Assembly: GCA_965178125.1 (NCBI GenBank)
Contig: OZ237743.1
Span: 744,001 to 808,000, forward strand
Length of the DNA stretch: 64,000 nucleotides
Source of the DNA: Bilabrum cf. latius
Taxonomy: Eukaryota
Reading direction: 5' to 3'
Made by a program: the position numbers and the translations under genes. Below the pieces are notes generated by a model. The model ran no database searches. It saw only the letters and a program-made list of their open reading frames with translations, and had not been told where the DNA came from. Positions 1 to 12,578 of the stretch are shown in pieces (the first letter of the stretch is position 1; every line of letters starts with the position of its first letter).

Positions 1-3000
1 CGCATTTCCCGGTCAGCCCTTCGCTGCTTGCGACGCTCAATTGAAATCAGCTAGGAGCTTGCCGTAGCTGACCCAAGCCGTACCATCGCAGTCGCTGACT
101 GCATGTCATTGACAGTCGTCCGTGGTCTTGGTTTCGCCGTCTCGGCTGTCCGGAATTCCGGCCTACCACCTTCAATAGAGGCCGATGCATTGAGCCTGTC
201 GACACTCCTTACGGACAAACCTGTCGTCTGCAAAGCGGTTGTGATCTGAGAGACCCCAGAGGACTGCGCCTGGCTGACAATGTCCTAGAACGCAGGAAGG
301 TTGAGGCGCTGCAGTACAGACGCTCCAGTCCAACCACCCGTCTCGGCATCTGCAGCACCAGACGAGGCTGCTGGAGCGCTTGGAATTGGCCAAAGCAGCC
401 TCTCACTTGAGTCACTAGGTACCGCACCGCGGCTCCTTTGCTACTGAGAATCCGGACTAGCATCGCGCCCCAGTTGCAGGCGTGCTTCGGTGGAGTCCTC
501 CAACGCCTGCACCCACGCCGCTGCTGGACTAAGCGATCGACCGACGGCACACGTCACCAATTGAGCCACTGACCGCACCAGCCTGTACCGAGCAGGATCT
601 ACCTGCATGGCAATACGCAGCAGCGAGGCAGACAGCAGGACCGCCTCTTGCACGAGTGCTGGTGATTGAAGCACCGGTGTCTCCCATGACGGTGGAGGCT
701 GCGAGACCTTCGAGGGCAAAGAAACAGGCCTCTAGGTTGGAGCAGCCGCCTTGTCGCCTGATGGCGCGTCCGATTTTCGAGCAGAGCCTATACTTGACTT
801 CTTCATGTCGTGCGCTGCTACGTGCCTCGTATTCGGGAGTGGTGCGAGGCCGAATCGCATGCCCGTCGCTGTCGAAACGTCTCGAGGTTTTGCTCCCGGC
901 CCGATGGTCCAGACATGCATAAATTGGCCCGCCCCGTGGCCACTCTAAGTCGAGGCACCGCTGGCCGCTGCAGCAGCATCCTCAGCAGCTTCCTTCTGTC
1001 TTTTCTGCATGGCGGCCGCAACAGGCATAATTGCGGTCGGCCGGTCATTTCCCTCCTCGTCAATACCGTCCTGCTCTAACGCATCCGCGTCATCGCCTGC
1101 ATATCCTCGATCCCCGTGTCTGTACGTGGGTCTGCACAACGTAGCGATGCACAGGGCTGCTTCCAGGCACATGCGCAGCCAGCTCGGATACCCGCTGCTA
1201 CGAACCTAAGATCTGAGCTGCTGGATAGACCGGGCTATATCATCGTTCTTGCTGGAATTCAGGGATTGTGCCAAGGATTCCGCGGTCATTCTGAACACGC
1301 CGGGCATTGTTTGCGGTCCAACGACTTGATGCTCAGGTGCGGCAAGCCGGCTCGCACCTTCAACGACCGCACCAACTAGCAAAGGCCAGAGCTCCTCTCG
1401 CGCCCTGGAGTGGAGGAAATCTCCGCCGGCTGCCTCATTGCATAGGCTGTCTGCCAAACAGTTTAGCGCGCGAATTCGAAGCTCAACATGCGCGCTGCGC
1501 TGGGCGGATGATGCAATCAGGGGCCAGGATTGTGCAAGCTGCGGTAGAAGCACAACAGGGGAGCCCCGTAGCACAATCAACGACTGTCTCAATACTTGCA
1601 GCGCAGCCGCTGCCACCCTCAGCGATGAGCTTTTGGCGCATGGTGTCGCTGAACGTATGCAAGCCAGTGCGAGGCGTCTCTCTGCCCGCTTGGCGGCAGG
1701 CAGACTGGCAGGTGAAGGCGATTCTCGCCAAACCGTGGCTGCTCGTGCAACAAACCAGTCGTGCTGCATGCACAGCCTCTGCATTGATTCATCGTCGAGC
1801 TCATACTCGTCGTCTGAATCTGGGCCACTGGGCGCCCAAGCAAGCCCAGTGGGAGCGGCAGCCAATGCAACCTGCCACGCATTCTGAATCATATCCTGGT
1901 CTGCGCACCTTGCCGGAGCAGGAGGTGGTGGCTACTTGCCATCTGATCCGGGCATCTGACTCGCAAACTCAGCTCCAGCGACCACGACTCCAAGCATCAT
2001 AGCAATAGTTCGATGCCGAAGCCCAGGAAAAGTCGACCCGGAGGTGCACCTTTGAATGCCCACAGATGCGTCGTCTACTATGGCTTTCACCAGGACAGCT
2101 GGAGCAGTGTTCGATTTTCCTTTGTGCTCGCGCATGCTACGAACGACGAATGCTGCGACTGTGCTTGCTGTTCCTGCGGCCTGGATTCGCACGTGAATTG
2201 GCGACCTCTGAGCAGACTCGCGAGGAGTCGGTTCCAAGGATTGGACGTCTACCAGCCCTCCACTAATCTACTCTTCGCCATAACGCAGCCATATTCCTTT
2301 CTATGCACCTGCTCCTCCCTACCATGCCTCTGTTTGTTCCCGCGAATCAAGCCGCAACGCCGCCCCGAGAGTGTCCAGTAGGACCTAGGCGTTCTCAACA
2401 AGAGCGTTCTGCAGTGCACTATCGTGATCACCCGATTGTTGCTTTGATTCCTGTGCGATGGCACGCTTAGCTCCCAAAAGCAGAGGTGCATCGAGCCCCT
2501 GAGTCCCTGCTGCGACTCCGAGCAGCTGTGGAAACCACACCGGTCGAAACAGCTCTTTGCTTCGCTCTGTCAAGTGCGCATGAGCCTAACGCCAAGCCGA
2601 TATACATTCTTGAACAAACTTGCTGCCAGCGTCGGCAACAAGAGGGGGTGTCACCTCAGCAACTTCCTCTTCACGCAGCGACCATTGTCTGGCCAGGTGC
2701 TGAACAGCAGTCCAGGCCCCTGACCCGCACCAACAAGCAAGAAAGGTGCAAGCCTTTTGCAACTACTCAGATTGGGGCGGCCGAACCGGGGGTTTGAACG
2801 GAGCACCCATTCGAACGATTCGCTCCAGAAGAGATGCGGCACAATCTTGACCCTCGCCCGAGCTGCAGCTGAGGCTTGTCGGTTGCACACCCGACACTGC
2901 GTGGCGAGAAACCGCCATCCACGCGCTAGCACGATCTACCATAGCAACAATTCGAGGCAAGCTCGTGGATCGCTCGCCAGACTCACGAACAGCAAATCGA

Positions 3001-5546
3001 ATTGCGCTGGAAGCCTGCCGCAGCGCGTACCCAATGGCACCCTGAAGTGCCCTGCTTTCGCCACAAGAGGCACACTATAATCCTATCGTTCGTGCAATGC
3101 TGCCCACAAGCCCTTCGATGCTCTCGTCATGTAGTGAAATCCAGGAGTCACCGCCAACGACCGGAGGTGTCTGCCCTAAGGGATTACCAGAGGTAGCGGC
3201 CTCCAGCAGACCCGCAACATGCCCACTTCCAAGCGCAACTCCTCCGCCGTTACCCCCAAACCCACTCAGTTTCTCCCGCTTCTGATGCATACAGGCCATA
3301 AGCAACTCGGAGCACATTGAAAGTACTGTCGCAACCCCCCGTGGCACCTCTTGTTCACGGGACTGGCCAGCAGAGAGCACTGTGGCGGCTTTGCCAGGCT
3401 AAGCTAGTTGGCAGACGGCAAGAAAGAGCCGCAGCTCAGCCACAATGGCGGAGTCAGTGTGGTTTGCTGCTAATGCGCTTCGCACACTGGCAGCACGAGA
3501 CGCCAGTAGGTCCAGTAGAGACGACTGGGTCAGCTGGAACACATCGTTCAGCTCTTGTGCAGCTGGTGGAGCCAGCCGGGCGATCGTATGCTTCAAAGAT
3601 CGGGCTATCTATACAGCCCCTCTCGCTACAAGCGAGTCGGCAGAGTCTGAGCCACCATATTGAGATTTTGAAGCAAGAGCTGCCATGGTCTCCAGCACCG
3701 CAAGAAGGGCGTTAACTCGTTTGCCTTTTGGCGAGGCCACCAGAGCTGAGGTGTGGGCACTACCCGAAAGCTATGGGCCAGAGGTACAGGACTTGCTTGT
3801 GCCTGCACCCTTGACAGCAGTAGCTGCGGCTGCGTCAGCACAGCCATCCATGGATTCATCGATTAATCCAATGCCAAGCAGCTGACCCATGCACCTGGTC
3901 GTGACCAATTCGAGGAGCGGCAGCGCAGCAGCCACCAACCGGGGCGTGCGTGCTTGCGAGAGCTGCACCAGAGCCCGCAAAATGGGACCTAGTAGGTTGC
4001 TGCGAGCTTGCTCTCGGAGGAGGAAAAGTGAATTGACGCCATCATCTCCCAGAGTAACGCTTTTGACGTTCAAGTCTCCGAGCGAACATGCGCACAGCGC
4101 TGCAAGTGCGCCAGCAGCCTCCTCGCCGATGGCACCCTCCATACCGCCGGTGCCTTGGAGCCGAGATTCCGCGAGATCCCCAGCGCCAGTGCCTCCTGAT
4201 TTAGCCCTGCTTGACACCCTCCGCCGCCCCGAGACCACTGAATCCAGCACGCCAATCAAGGCCGATGCGAGGCCAGGCACAAAGGGCCACACTCGCCGGG
4301 GATGCGGTGCAAGGAGTGCTGCCATACGTCTGCTCCCGGCAGGAAGTTCGGCTGGAGCTTCCCTGTAACCTGCAAGCGCTGCTACAACTGCATGTACGAA
4401 GGATATTGCAAGCCGCGTGTCCCCTGCCGTGCTGTCGTCTGCAGGACCAGATCCTTTCGACCCTTGCGATTCTCCACTGCCGCCATTGGCAGCAACCTCC
4501 TGACCGGCGCAATGGATGGCATCCATCGCATAGGCCAGGGCAGGCCCGAGCAGGGAGTTGTCAAGGAGACACTTCGGTAGGGGGAGCGGTGCATTGCATG
4601 GTGGTGGCATCCACCAGCAGCTGGCTGGCATTGGTTCAGCTGCTCGGTCCTACTTCGGGATGCCTTGCTGCTGGCTGGAGGTTGCTGCTGGTGTGTCAGC
4701 CACAGAATCGGCGCAATTGTGGCCAAGTGTCCAGCAGCGAGTTGGAACTCGAGCGAGAGGGGCTCCAGCTGCTCGGCACCATGCCGTCCATGGCTCGGAG
4801 CCCGGCCTGCTTCCCTTGCGGTCACGCCCAGGGGTCACTGGCGTGGGTGCTGTGCCGCCTGATACGCCAGAAGGAGGATCACGGAGTCCCGCCTTCGACA
4901 TGGCAGCGGATAGCTGCAGCAGCATGTATGTTGCCAGCTGAAACGCCGCCCGGCGGGTCTCCAGCTCATCGAGCGACAATGCGTTCTTCCCAGTTTCGGT
5001 CCGATGGGGCGGCCGAGCGAGGGCGACAAGGGCGACGAGCAGAAAGTCTGAAGCCGTGCTGCTCCGAAGCCAAGGATTTACTCCTGAAACCTACAACAAC
5101 GTGCAACAGCACCGCAGGATCGCCTCTTCTGCGCGAAAGCTCTTGCCGACAAGTGCACGCATGCCGATACCTGCCCTCGCAGTCGCCCAAGAGCGAGCTC
5201 GCCAGAGTGGCGAGATAGTAGCCGCTTGTCTTTCTGCCACTGCATCGCTGCTAGTAGCCTGTGACCCAGGACCTCGACCGATAGCAAGAAGCAGAGGCAA
5301 AGCAGTGTAGTCCAATATCTTGTCTTCCCCCGGGATGCCAGAATTATTCACCGTAGTGAGGCCATCCTCCAGGCGATCTATAGCCTATAAGAAGCCGTCA
5401 AAGCACAATCGGATAGTTTGAGCTAATTGCGTACTCATGTCTCCTGGGGGAATGGATGGCAGCTGTTCTGCTGTTCTCATTATGTTGGCCGCTGATCCCA
5501 TGGCTGCCACGCAGTGCGGCTTAAGGAATACAAAAGCAGATACCAT
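1..5546 (-). CDS. TTI1: TELO2-interacting protein 1 (TTT complex, PIKK assembly); 3' end runs off the window; needs TAG=Gln
   Basis: 14 minus-strand ORF-track fragments (51..5621) share one frame and each ends in TAG (plus-strand cta at 51, 441, 732, 945, 1206, 1932, 2385, 2763, 3075, 3399, 3771, 4650, 5091, 5385). Motifs match TTI1: N-terminal MVSAFVFLKPHCV, internal VWPFVPGLASAL, C-terminal LLPQLAQSWPLI...AGGDFLHSRAREELWP. Confidence 0.8.
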
Positions 5547-5891
5547 AATGCAAAGAATATATATGCATAAATAGTATACTCGGACGATTTGGACGCTGCT
5601 CTGCTGTAGGAGCGGTCGCAACCGATTTCAAGGACGCATCCGTTGCTCCCCTCTCACAAAGCTTCCATGGAGCTTCCCAATGTTTAGCAGGGATCAAGCA
5701 ATGTGCAGAATATAGGTAGAACGCTGTCCCAATCCGAGCGCAGTTTCCATAGCTCTGTTCGGTAGCTGCTGCTTGAAGCTGCCCGGTCAGAAGACGCAGC
5801 TTCAACTACTAGCGACCGGCCCATTTCAGGGAAACCTCGGTCTAAGAAGGGCAGCAGAACTGATTTATCCGACAAACTACAATAGTATGGT

Positions 5892-7412
5892 ATGCTCCAA
5901 AGGCCACTGAGCCCCCTCAGATCGGGTCCAAGTGGCGAGACCAGCTCGGCCGTATATACCCCAATGCGTACTGGAACAGATATTGCCCGAAAACGAAGAA
6001 AGCTAAAAACAAAATCTTCGAAAAGATTAGGCATGGATCATAGCTTGGTAATAGTACGCAGGCTAGCTCAGAAGAGCAGCATATGCGTAGCTGCGGTGGA
6101 GCCTCAATGCGTACGCAGGCCGCCCACGGTGGCCAGACTGCAAGACAGGTTACGCACGACCCTATGCACTTGTGAAGTAGTCAAACATCCGTCACATTGT
6201 AAGGATTGCGACAGAATCCGCGCCGAGGCTAGTCTGCAGCGCGCTCAGCTGCAGAGAGCTGCTCTTGAGAACCGAGTTTTTCGCAAGAAGGCTGACAGAT
6301 AGCTGGCTGCAGTCAGAGAAGAGCTTCGACAGTACAAGAAATCGTTGCAAACTGCTAGTGACTTGCAATCTATGGCGAGTGAAAAGCTAGCAGCGCTTCG
6401 CGCAGAGCTGTCAGAGGCCAAGCAGGCCCACACGCAGGCGGAGGGAGTAGCCAAAGCGATGAAACTGTCGCTTGCAGGCCAGCAGAAATCGAACGCAAGC
6501 CTGTAGAAAACAAACGAATCACTGAGAAGCTCGGTACAGGAGAAAGATGGATGGATACAGTCTCTTCAATAGGAACTTGCGAGCACCAAGGCGAGCATCT
6601 AGTCGCGCGAGGCAGCAGCACAGCAGGCCGACCGTTCCAAGCAATTGCTTACAGGAGAGCTAGACATTGCCAAGAAGGCCGCATAGCAGGCGCGCAGTCG
6701 CAACGGAGCACTTCAAACTGAAGTCAATGAGCTCAAGCGCAAACTGGAGCGAACGCAGAGCGAGGTGGATAGCTTGCGCGAAGAAGCCAGCGATCAAGCG
6801 GAGCTACAAGCCAGCCTGGACGACTGGAAGGACAGAGCCTGCCAAGCGGAGTCCCGCGAGTAGTTTTTAAAGTCAAAGCTGGGTGAATTGATTGAGAAGC
6901 GCAAGCAGGATCGCGTCCAGATGGAACGGACTGCCGCAGCTTCGGCGGTCAGCCTCCACGTCACCTCCCCCACGGTGATTGTGAGGGTCACCAACGAACG
7001 CAACGAGACCGCTGATGAGCAGTGCGTGCTCCCTGTGCTTCCGAGAGCAGAGATTCGAGAAGCATTGATCGGCATTCTCTGCAGCCGAACGAGGATTGTG
7101 GCGAGAAAGGGCGGTACCGGCGGTAGCGACCCCAGAGGCTAGACCAAGGCAGGACAGTCGCACGAGGCAGAAGGCCCGTTGCACGGGGCCAGGCGAGAAA
7201 TAGGCAGAGAGGCGGAGACGAGAGATGAAGCTTGGGCAACACAAGTATCGGAAGAGATGCAGGGAGGAATTCTCGAGGCGCTGGAGCCTCTATTTGAGAA
7301 GACTGGGGCGATGCTGCGAACTGAGGCTGCAGGCGAATCTGGTAGATCTGATGGGGCGCGTGGCAGACCTTCGGCAGCAGGTGCCAGGGCTGGGCGGGAG
7401 ACCGCGACTTGA
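5892..7412 (+). CDS. Long coiled-coil protein, unknown function (~506 aa with TAG=Gln; start uncertain)
   Basis: ORFs 5892..6302, 6888..7142 and 7179..7412 are co-frame. The gap translates as heptad-like sequence broken only by TAG (e.g. IQSLQ*ELAST, KKAA*QARSR). Ends in TGA at 7410-7412. Confidence 0.7.
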
Positions 7413-7508
7413 CAGGCTTTCCGATTCCGCATGGCAGTATAGCAAGCGAAATTTCGAAGCAGCATGCAGGCAGCAGCCCATCACTGAGGGCAAAATAACA
7501 TCCATCAT

Positions 7509-7688
7509 ATGGCAGAATACCCTGCCACTGCCCCTGATCCCTCACATGGCAGAATACCCTGCCACTGCCCCTGATCCCTCACATGGCAGAATACCCTGCC
7601 ACTGCCCCTGATCCCTCACATGGCAGAATACCCTGCCACTGCCCCTAATCCCTCACATGGCAGAATACCCTGCCACTGCCCCTGATCC
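7509..7688. repeat. 37-bp tandem repeat, ~4.9 copies (ATGGCAGAATACCCTGCCACTGCCCCTGATCCCTCAC)
   Basis: Units start at 7509, 7546, 7583, 7620 and 7657. One G>A variant in unit 4. No spacers. Confidence 0.95.
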
Positions 7689-8471
7689 GGCCGCTGCTGT
7701 CGAGGCCCACGCCGTGATGAACTCTCGGCATATCGCCTTCAGGTAGAACGCATCCACCTCTGTGAACGCGCCCACCTCTTCGCCATCAATGTCAAGGACT
7801 GCGCAGAGACGCTCCCCTTCTTTCCACTCTTGCTCCCCGCTGGTCTCCTCCCCGGCAGCCGCCGATGCCACGTCGCCTCCACCGGTGGCAGAGCCTTTCG
7901 CCGCCCCAGCGCCATCCGACCCGCTTGATGCCGCAGGAAGAAAAACTGGAACCACAATCTCACTTCTGGTCTCCTCGTCGCAAGCAATGTAGTTCTCGAG
8001 TGCCTTTACATCCTTGATAACCTGTGTTTTCCTATCAGAAGCAGCCGTCCCACACACGCCCTTACCCATGCTGATGAAACCACATGCCAGCACAGTCCCC
8101 TGATACGGACCAACAACAAGTGCCCATTTGCTAGCATTCGGCGCCGACGCAGCCACTGGGAGCCCAGCGCTGTCGCTTGCGGTCGCCACGACAGTGTAGA
8201 AGCCAACGAACCACATCTTGCTGGGAAAGACCGTCTTCAGCACACTAGATATCGTGCTCATGCGCCCAACAAGATCCATATGCTTGCCATACTTTGCAAA
8301 AAAATCTCGAAGGTGCGTGATTGCATTCTGGTAGCCCCTGGCACTCTTCTCATCCTGTCCAAGGCCCACAGCAAGCGGGTCCTTATCGATGTCTGTTGGG
8401 GCACGTCCACAGACTTTGTCCTCACCACCTTTTGCAGAATCTGAAACAATGTCAAACTTGGACCCAAGCAT
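7653..8471 (-). CDS. GAF-domain protein, free methionine-(R)-sulfoxide reductase (fRMsr/MsrC-like)
   Basis: Motifs WFVGFY, GPYQGTVLAC..I.MGKGVCG.AA, YIACD..TRSEIVVPV and VLDID...GAF...D are typical of fRMsr. Ends in TGA; no internal TAG; start ATG uncertain. Confidence 0.8.
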   Translation of the reverse strand: MLGSKFDIVSDSAKGGEDKVCGRAPTDIDKDPLAVGLGQDEKSARGYQNAITHLRDFFAKYGKHMDLVGRMSTISSVLKTVFPSKMWFVGFYTVVATASDSAGLPVAASAPNASKWALVVGPYQGTVLACGFISMGKGVCGTAASDRKTQVIKDVKALENYIACDEETRSEIVVPVFLPAASSGSDGAGAAKGSATGGGDVASAAAGEETSGEQEWKEGERLCAVLDIDGEEVGAFTEVDAFYLKAICREFITAWASTAAAGSGAVAGYSAM

Positions 8472-8575
8472 TTGCGGTGGTTCCTGGTTTCTGGGGACGG
8501 GCGACCAGCCACACAAGTTGTTCCGGGTCCATGCCTATACTATTGCCAAATTCAATATTTCAAGCTTCAAAAATC

Positions 8576-11500
8576 ATGCGAGCAAGCAGGAAACGTAAGC
8601 GCCAAGATGATCAAGCGAAAGACAAGCGAAGGCGGCTCGCAAAAATCCAGCTCTAGATGCCAAGCGACGCATTGCCGTCTCCAGTACTTGCTGCTTGGGC
8701 TTCAAATGAGTCTTGGTTCTTGGGAAGGAATGCATTCAAGCAGCTTTCCAATGGATTAGCTACCGAAATATAGTCACTTGATTACCTCGGACGGGTAAAC
8801 TACGTGAACGATCTGTTGTCTAATTGGGAATCATCCGGCATAGCACCAGTTGCAGTTGTTGCCTGCGCAAGCCTGCTGAACGTTTGTGCTTAGTATGCTG
8901 GTTTGAGGCACCAAGCAGGCGGATATCAACTCACAAGACCTCAAATGTCTCTATTGAGGCTTTCAGCAGGAAGTGCTATTCTTCGATTCGTGAATGCAAT
9001 TGCAGACCACGCCAGGAAAGGCAAGGCAAAGGCTTCAATGGCTTCCTCGCTTGCCATAAGTGCCGAGCGCTCTGGAATTCCAAGGTATTTGGTTGATCTG
9101 AGACATCAAGCAGCGCACGGCTCGTTGCCCTCTTGGACCTCACTCGCTGAGGGACTGCAGCAGGCGCTGCGTTGGGTCGAGCAAAAATATTGGATGCGTC
9201 AGGAGAACTCGTTCAGGTCGAGTCGGGCCAGACGAGAGCAGCTGGTCTCGCTCGCTCTCAACGGACTTATTCGAAGGAGCAACAGGCTACAAGCGAGGCT
9301 AATCGAAGCAGGCCTAGCCTCCACTCACACCGACAGCGCCAGGTGCACCCGAGCCCCTCAGCCGTGGTGGGCGAGCAGCCGCACAGCTCCCATCCTTCTG
9401 ACGGGATCCGTTCTTAAAACCCAATCGGAAGGGAACGCACACGCTGCATGGAGCCCAGATGACTCGGCTAGGCTTGCCGCCAGCCAGGCGGGGGCACCAC
9501 CGACCACAGCTGCCGCAGGTAGAGCGTCTGCCGGCCGCAACCCGTCGCAGTATCTGCATGTGCCTCCCATCGTCGATCCCAGCGCTGGTCAATGGGCATG
9601 CTGGTACACTGCCTGGGCAAGGAGTCATGCAAGGCCTAAACCGACGTCGAGCTCTTCGTCTTCCTTTCGAATTCCCCTCGGGGACATAGAAAAAGGCGGT
9701 GCTGTCGTTGCGCAAGTGCGCACGCTGTGTACCGTGTGCAAGGGTAGACCCACACTCGTTGCAGAGCAAGTTGTGCCTGTCTTGCTTGGAATATCAAGAG
9801 ACAATGGTCCTTTGGGGTCGGGGATGCAGCCCGAGTCGCTCGAATGCTAGACAAGCTTTGAGTCCAGCCAAGGTAGAGCACCCGAACCGACAGGTGCATC
9901 CGATGACGAGAGTCACAAAGCTAGTGCGGCATCGCGAGCAGCGGATGAATGGTGCAGCTACTTCTATTCTGGGTGCACCTCAAACCTGATGGATGCTGCT
10001 CGCTCTTTCGGCGTGAAGGTGGGCTGGCTGCTTGCGCTGGCAAAGTACTCAGACGCAGCGGTGCTGCCAACTTCGCCGCACGACGCGTTCGTTGCGCATG
10101 CGACCGCTGAGCTTTTGAAGGGACTGAGCGATAGTGCTCCATTGCTCGGAATTCGTCCTGTTGCTGCGCCTGCTGAAAGCAGTGGCACAGGCCTGCGTCC
10201 GGTTTTATCCTCTGTGGAGCTTGACTCGGCAGACACCAGCGAATTCATCGCGTGGTAGAGATGGATGCCTGTACTGGTTTGCATCCAGAGAGTTGAGCCA
10301 AGCCTTTGGTCATCGCTGGTGCGCACATGCTGCTATACAGTCGCTTCGGCGAGCGCTCCGCTGCTCCAGGCCGAGCTGGCTCTCAGGCACCTTGCCAACT
10401 CGTGGGGCAGCCTCCCTGCGAATCAAGTTAAAGATGCACTGGTTGTGTCGCACTGTGTGCTTGCAAGGCTGCACCTACGGGTGAGTCGAGCTAGACGATT
10501 GGTTGAGAGGCTGGTCAGTGTTGAATCCTGCGCTGTATTTGGCTTGTGCCCAATGGTGCACCCAACACCCGGCGGTGGGGCCGACGTGACACAGAAAGGG
10601 CAAGAAGAAAGCTTGACTGAGCACCGTCAGAGCCGCACGGCATCCTTTCTTTCCGAGGCAGACAAGCTCGTTAGCCTAATGGAGCGCGCTGAAGCACAGG
10701 CAGCCGCGCAGGAGAGATTGGCTGAAGAGGCCGCTGCAAGCGAGAGCAAGGCGGCAGCTGCGGCAGCTGCCGCCAAGCAAGCAGAGGAGCAAGCAGCCAC
10801 TGCATAGGAAATTCCAGGTTCCAGTGAGGGCTCCATATTTTCTCCACTCAAAAAGACATCGAACCCGCGCGGAAAGGGCAGGAAGGGGAAGAAGAAGCAG
10901 CCAAAGACGCCCAAGCTAGACGTGAAGGAAGAGGGGAGCCCACTAGCGAAGCAACCAGTAAACCCTAAGGCTACGCTTGAAGCCGGGCCGAGCGCATCTA
11001 TACCAGCATAGCCCGTTGAGAAAATGCCTCACCAGTACGAGACTTCTGACACGCCTGCCATAGTCCATTTGGTATCTAGGAGGGCAGGGACAGTTGCGGT
11101 ACCTGGCTCGACCGCCTTGACTGCAGGCGGTCTGGAATTTTCTACTATTGCCGGCCAGTGTTCTGCCATGACATTTCTACCAGACACCTCGAAGCCACAA
11201 GATTCCGGTGGGGCGGCACAGGTGCAAATGGCTGATCGGGGTGAAGGCTTGGCTAGTGCAGATGGCAGCGATGACGACGAAGACGTCGGTGGTGACGTGC
11301 TGGAGCCTGCAGACTCTGGCAGTGACCGAGACAGCGTCTTGCTGGAAGGAGACGAAGACAGTGATGACGACAAGGATATGGGTCAGCATCAGGTCGAAGC
11401 AGCGATATCAGGTGAAGCTGGCGCATCCGAGTCTGCGGTCGCGGATGTGAGCGACGGGGAGGACGATGATGGCGAGGACGAGGACACTGACGACGAGTAC

Positions 11501-12421
11501 TCGATTGTTCAAAGCAACGACAATGACGACGGTGAAGGAGAGAGCGAAGCAGCAGGCACGGCCACGACCAGCCATTCCTCTGCAGAGAAGCTGACCTACG
11601 GTGCGGTGGAAGGTTGCTACAGGCGGGATCTGGTCAAACCAATGAAGCTACCTGTGCTCGAGTGCGCAAGAGTAGTACTGCAGATGCTGCCTAGGTAGGC
11701 ATCGATGGGTCTTGCTAGCTCGAGTGTGCTGGATGACGATGCTCTCAGTCTGGTTGCTCTCCTTGAGAAAGTAGCGCAGCGCGCAGTCCCGCGCGATGAC
11801 CTCCTCCCGCAGCTGTGGCACGGTCCTAGCGATGCAATCGCAGTGGAAAATGCCAGGTAGCTCCTGGAAACCAAAGCTTATCATCCAAGTACCGGCATGA
11901 TTTCGCTTAGCGTTGGAGGCGCATCAGCCGGTCTCGTATCCCGAACTGCTTCTTCCGATGCAAGTGCGAGTTCCAGACCTGCAGCCCCCCAAACCCCGAG
12001 ACTTTCCGAGCTTGAGATGCTGGAGCAAGCGCTGGCAGGTGCAATTCCTGGAGGGCAGGTTGCAATGGAGTCTGGTGAGGGAGCAGCACCAAGCAACGAG
12101 GGAGAGGGTCAGGGGAAGTCTTCGTTGTCTCTATCCTCGTCCTCGTCCTCGTCCTCGTCCTCGGCCATGCAGGGAACAAGTCCTAGCATGGCACCGTGGC
12201 CGGCCCATTGCCCAGTGATTCGGGTCAAGTAGCACCCTTCGCAGGTTCTAGCAGCTGCTCGCCACGAGGCCGAAGCCCAACTCGTTGCAGCAGGAGGCAG
12301 CCAAGACGACAGTGGAGGGGCTGAATGGGGGATTGTGGACCCTGGTTCTGCAGCTTGGTGTTCTCCAGGAATGAATGCCGCAGGCAGCAACTAGATGGAG
12401 GATCTTGATCTCTTGGGATGA
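8576..12421 (+). CDS. LAS1: Ribosome biogenesis endoribonuclease LAS1-like (~1,281 aa with TAG=Gln)
   Basis: LAS1 core motif AILRFVNAIAD...GIPRYLVDLRHQAAHGSLPS...ALRWVEQKYW. Co-frame fragments (8321, 8903, 9989, 10265, 11024, 11897) are separated only by TAG. TGA at 12419-12421. Confidence 0.8.
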
Positions 12422-12578
12422 TCCTGTGCAATCGGGGGATCCGGATTGTTGATGTTTGTTTCCGGTCAAGATCTGGTCTGACGACAGAAAAGCAGAGTTG
12501 CACACCGCATCCTAAATCGTAGGCAGTATCCATCACATGGATTCCAAATTCATTCAAGACAACAATCAAGCTGGCGCC

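Noticed and set aside
5520-5580. AT-rich GT...AG segment resembling an intron at the TTI1 5' end
   Set aside because: It contains the TTI1-like N-terminus MVSAFVFLKPHCV, so it is better read as 5' UTR plus start.
7509-7688. CRISPR array (37-bp repeats)
   Set aside because: Units are directly adjacent with no spacers, no cas genes are present, and the context is eukaryotic.
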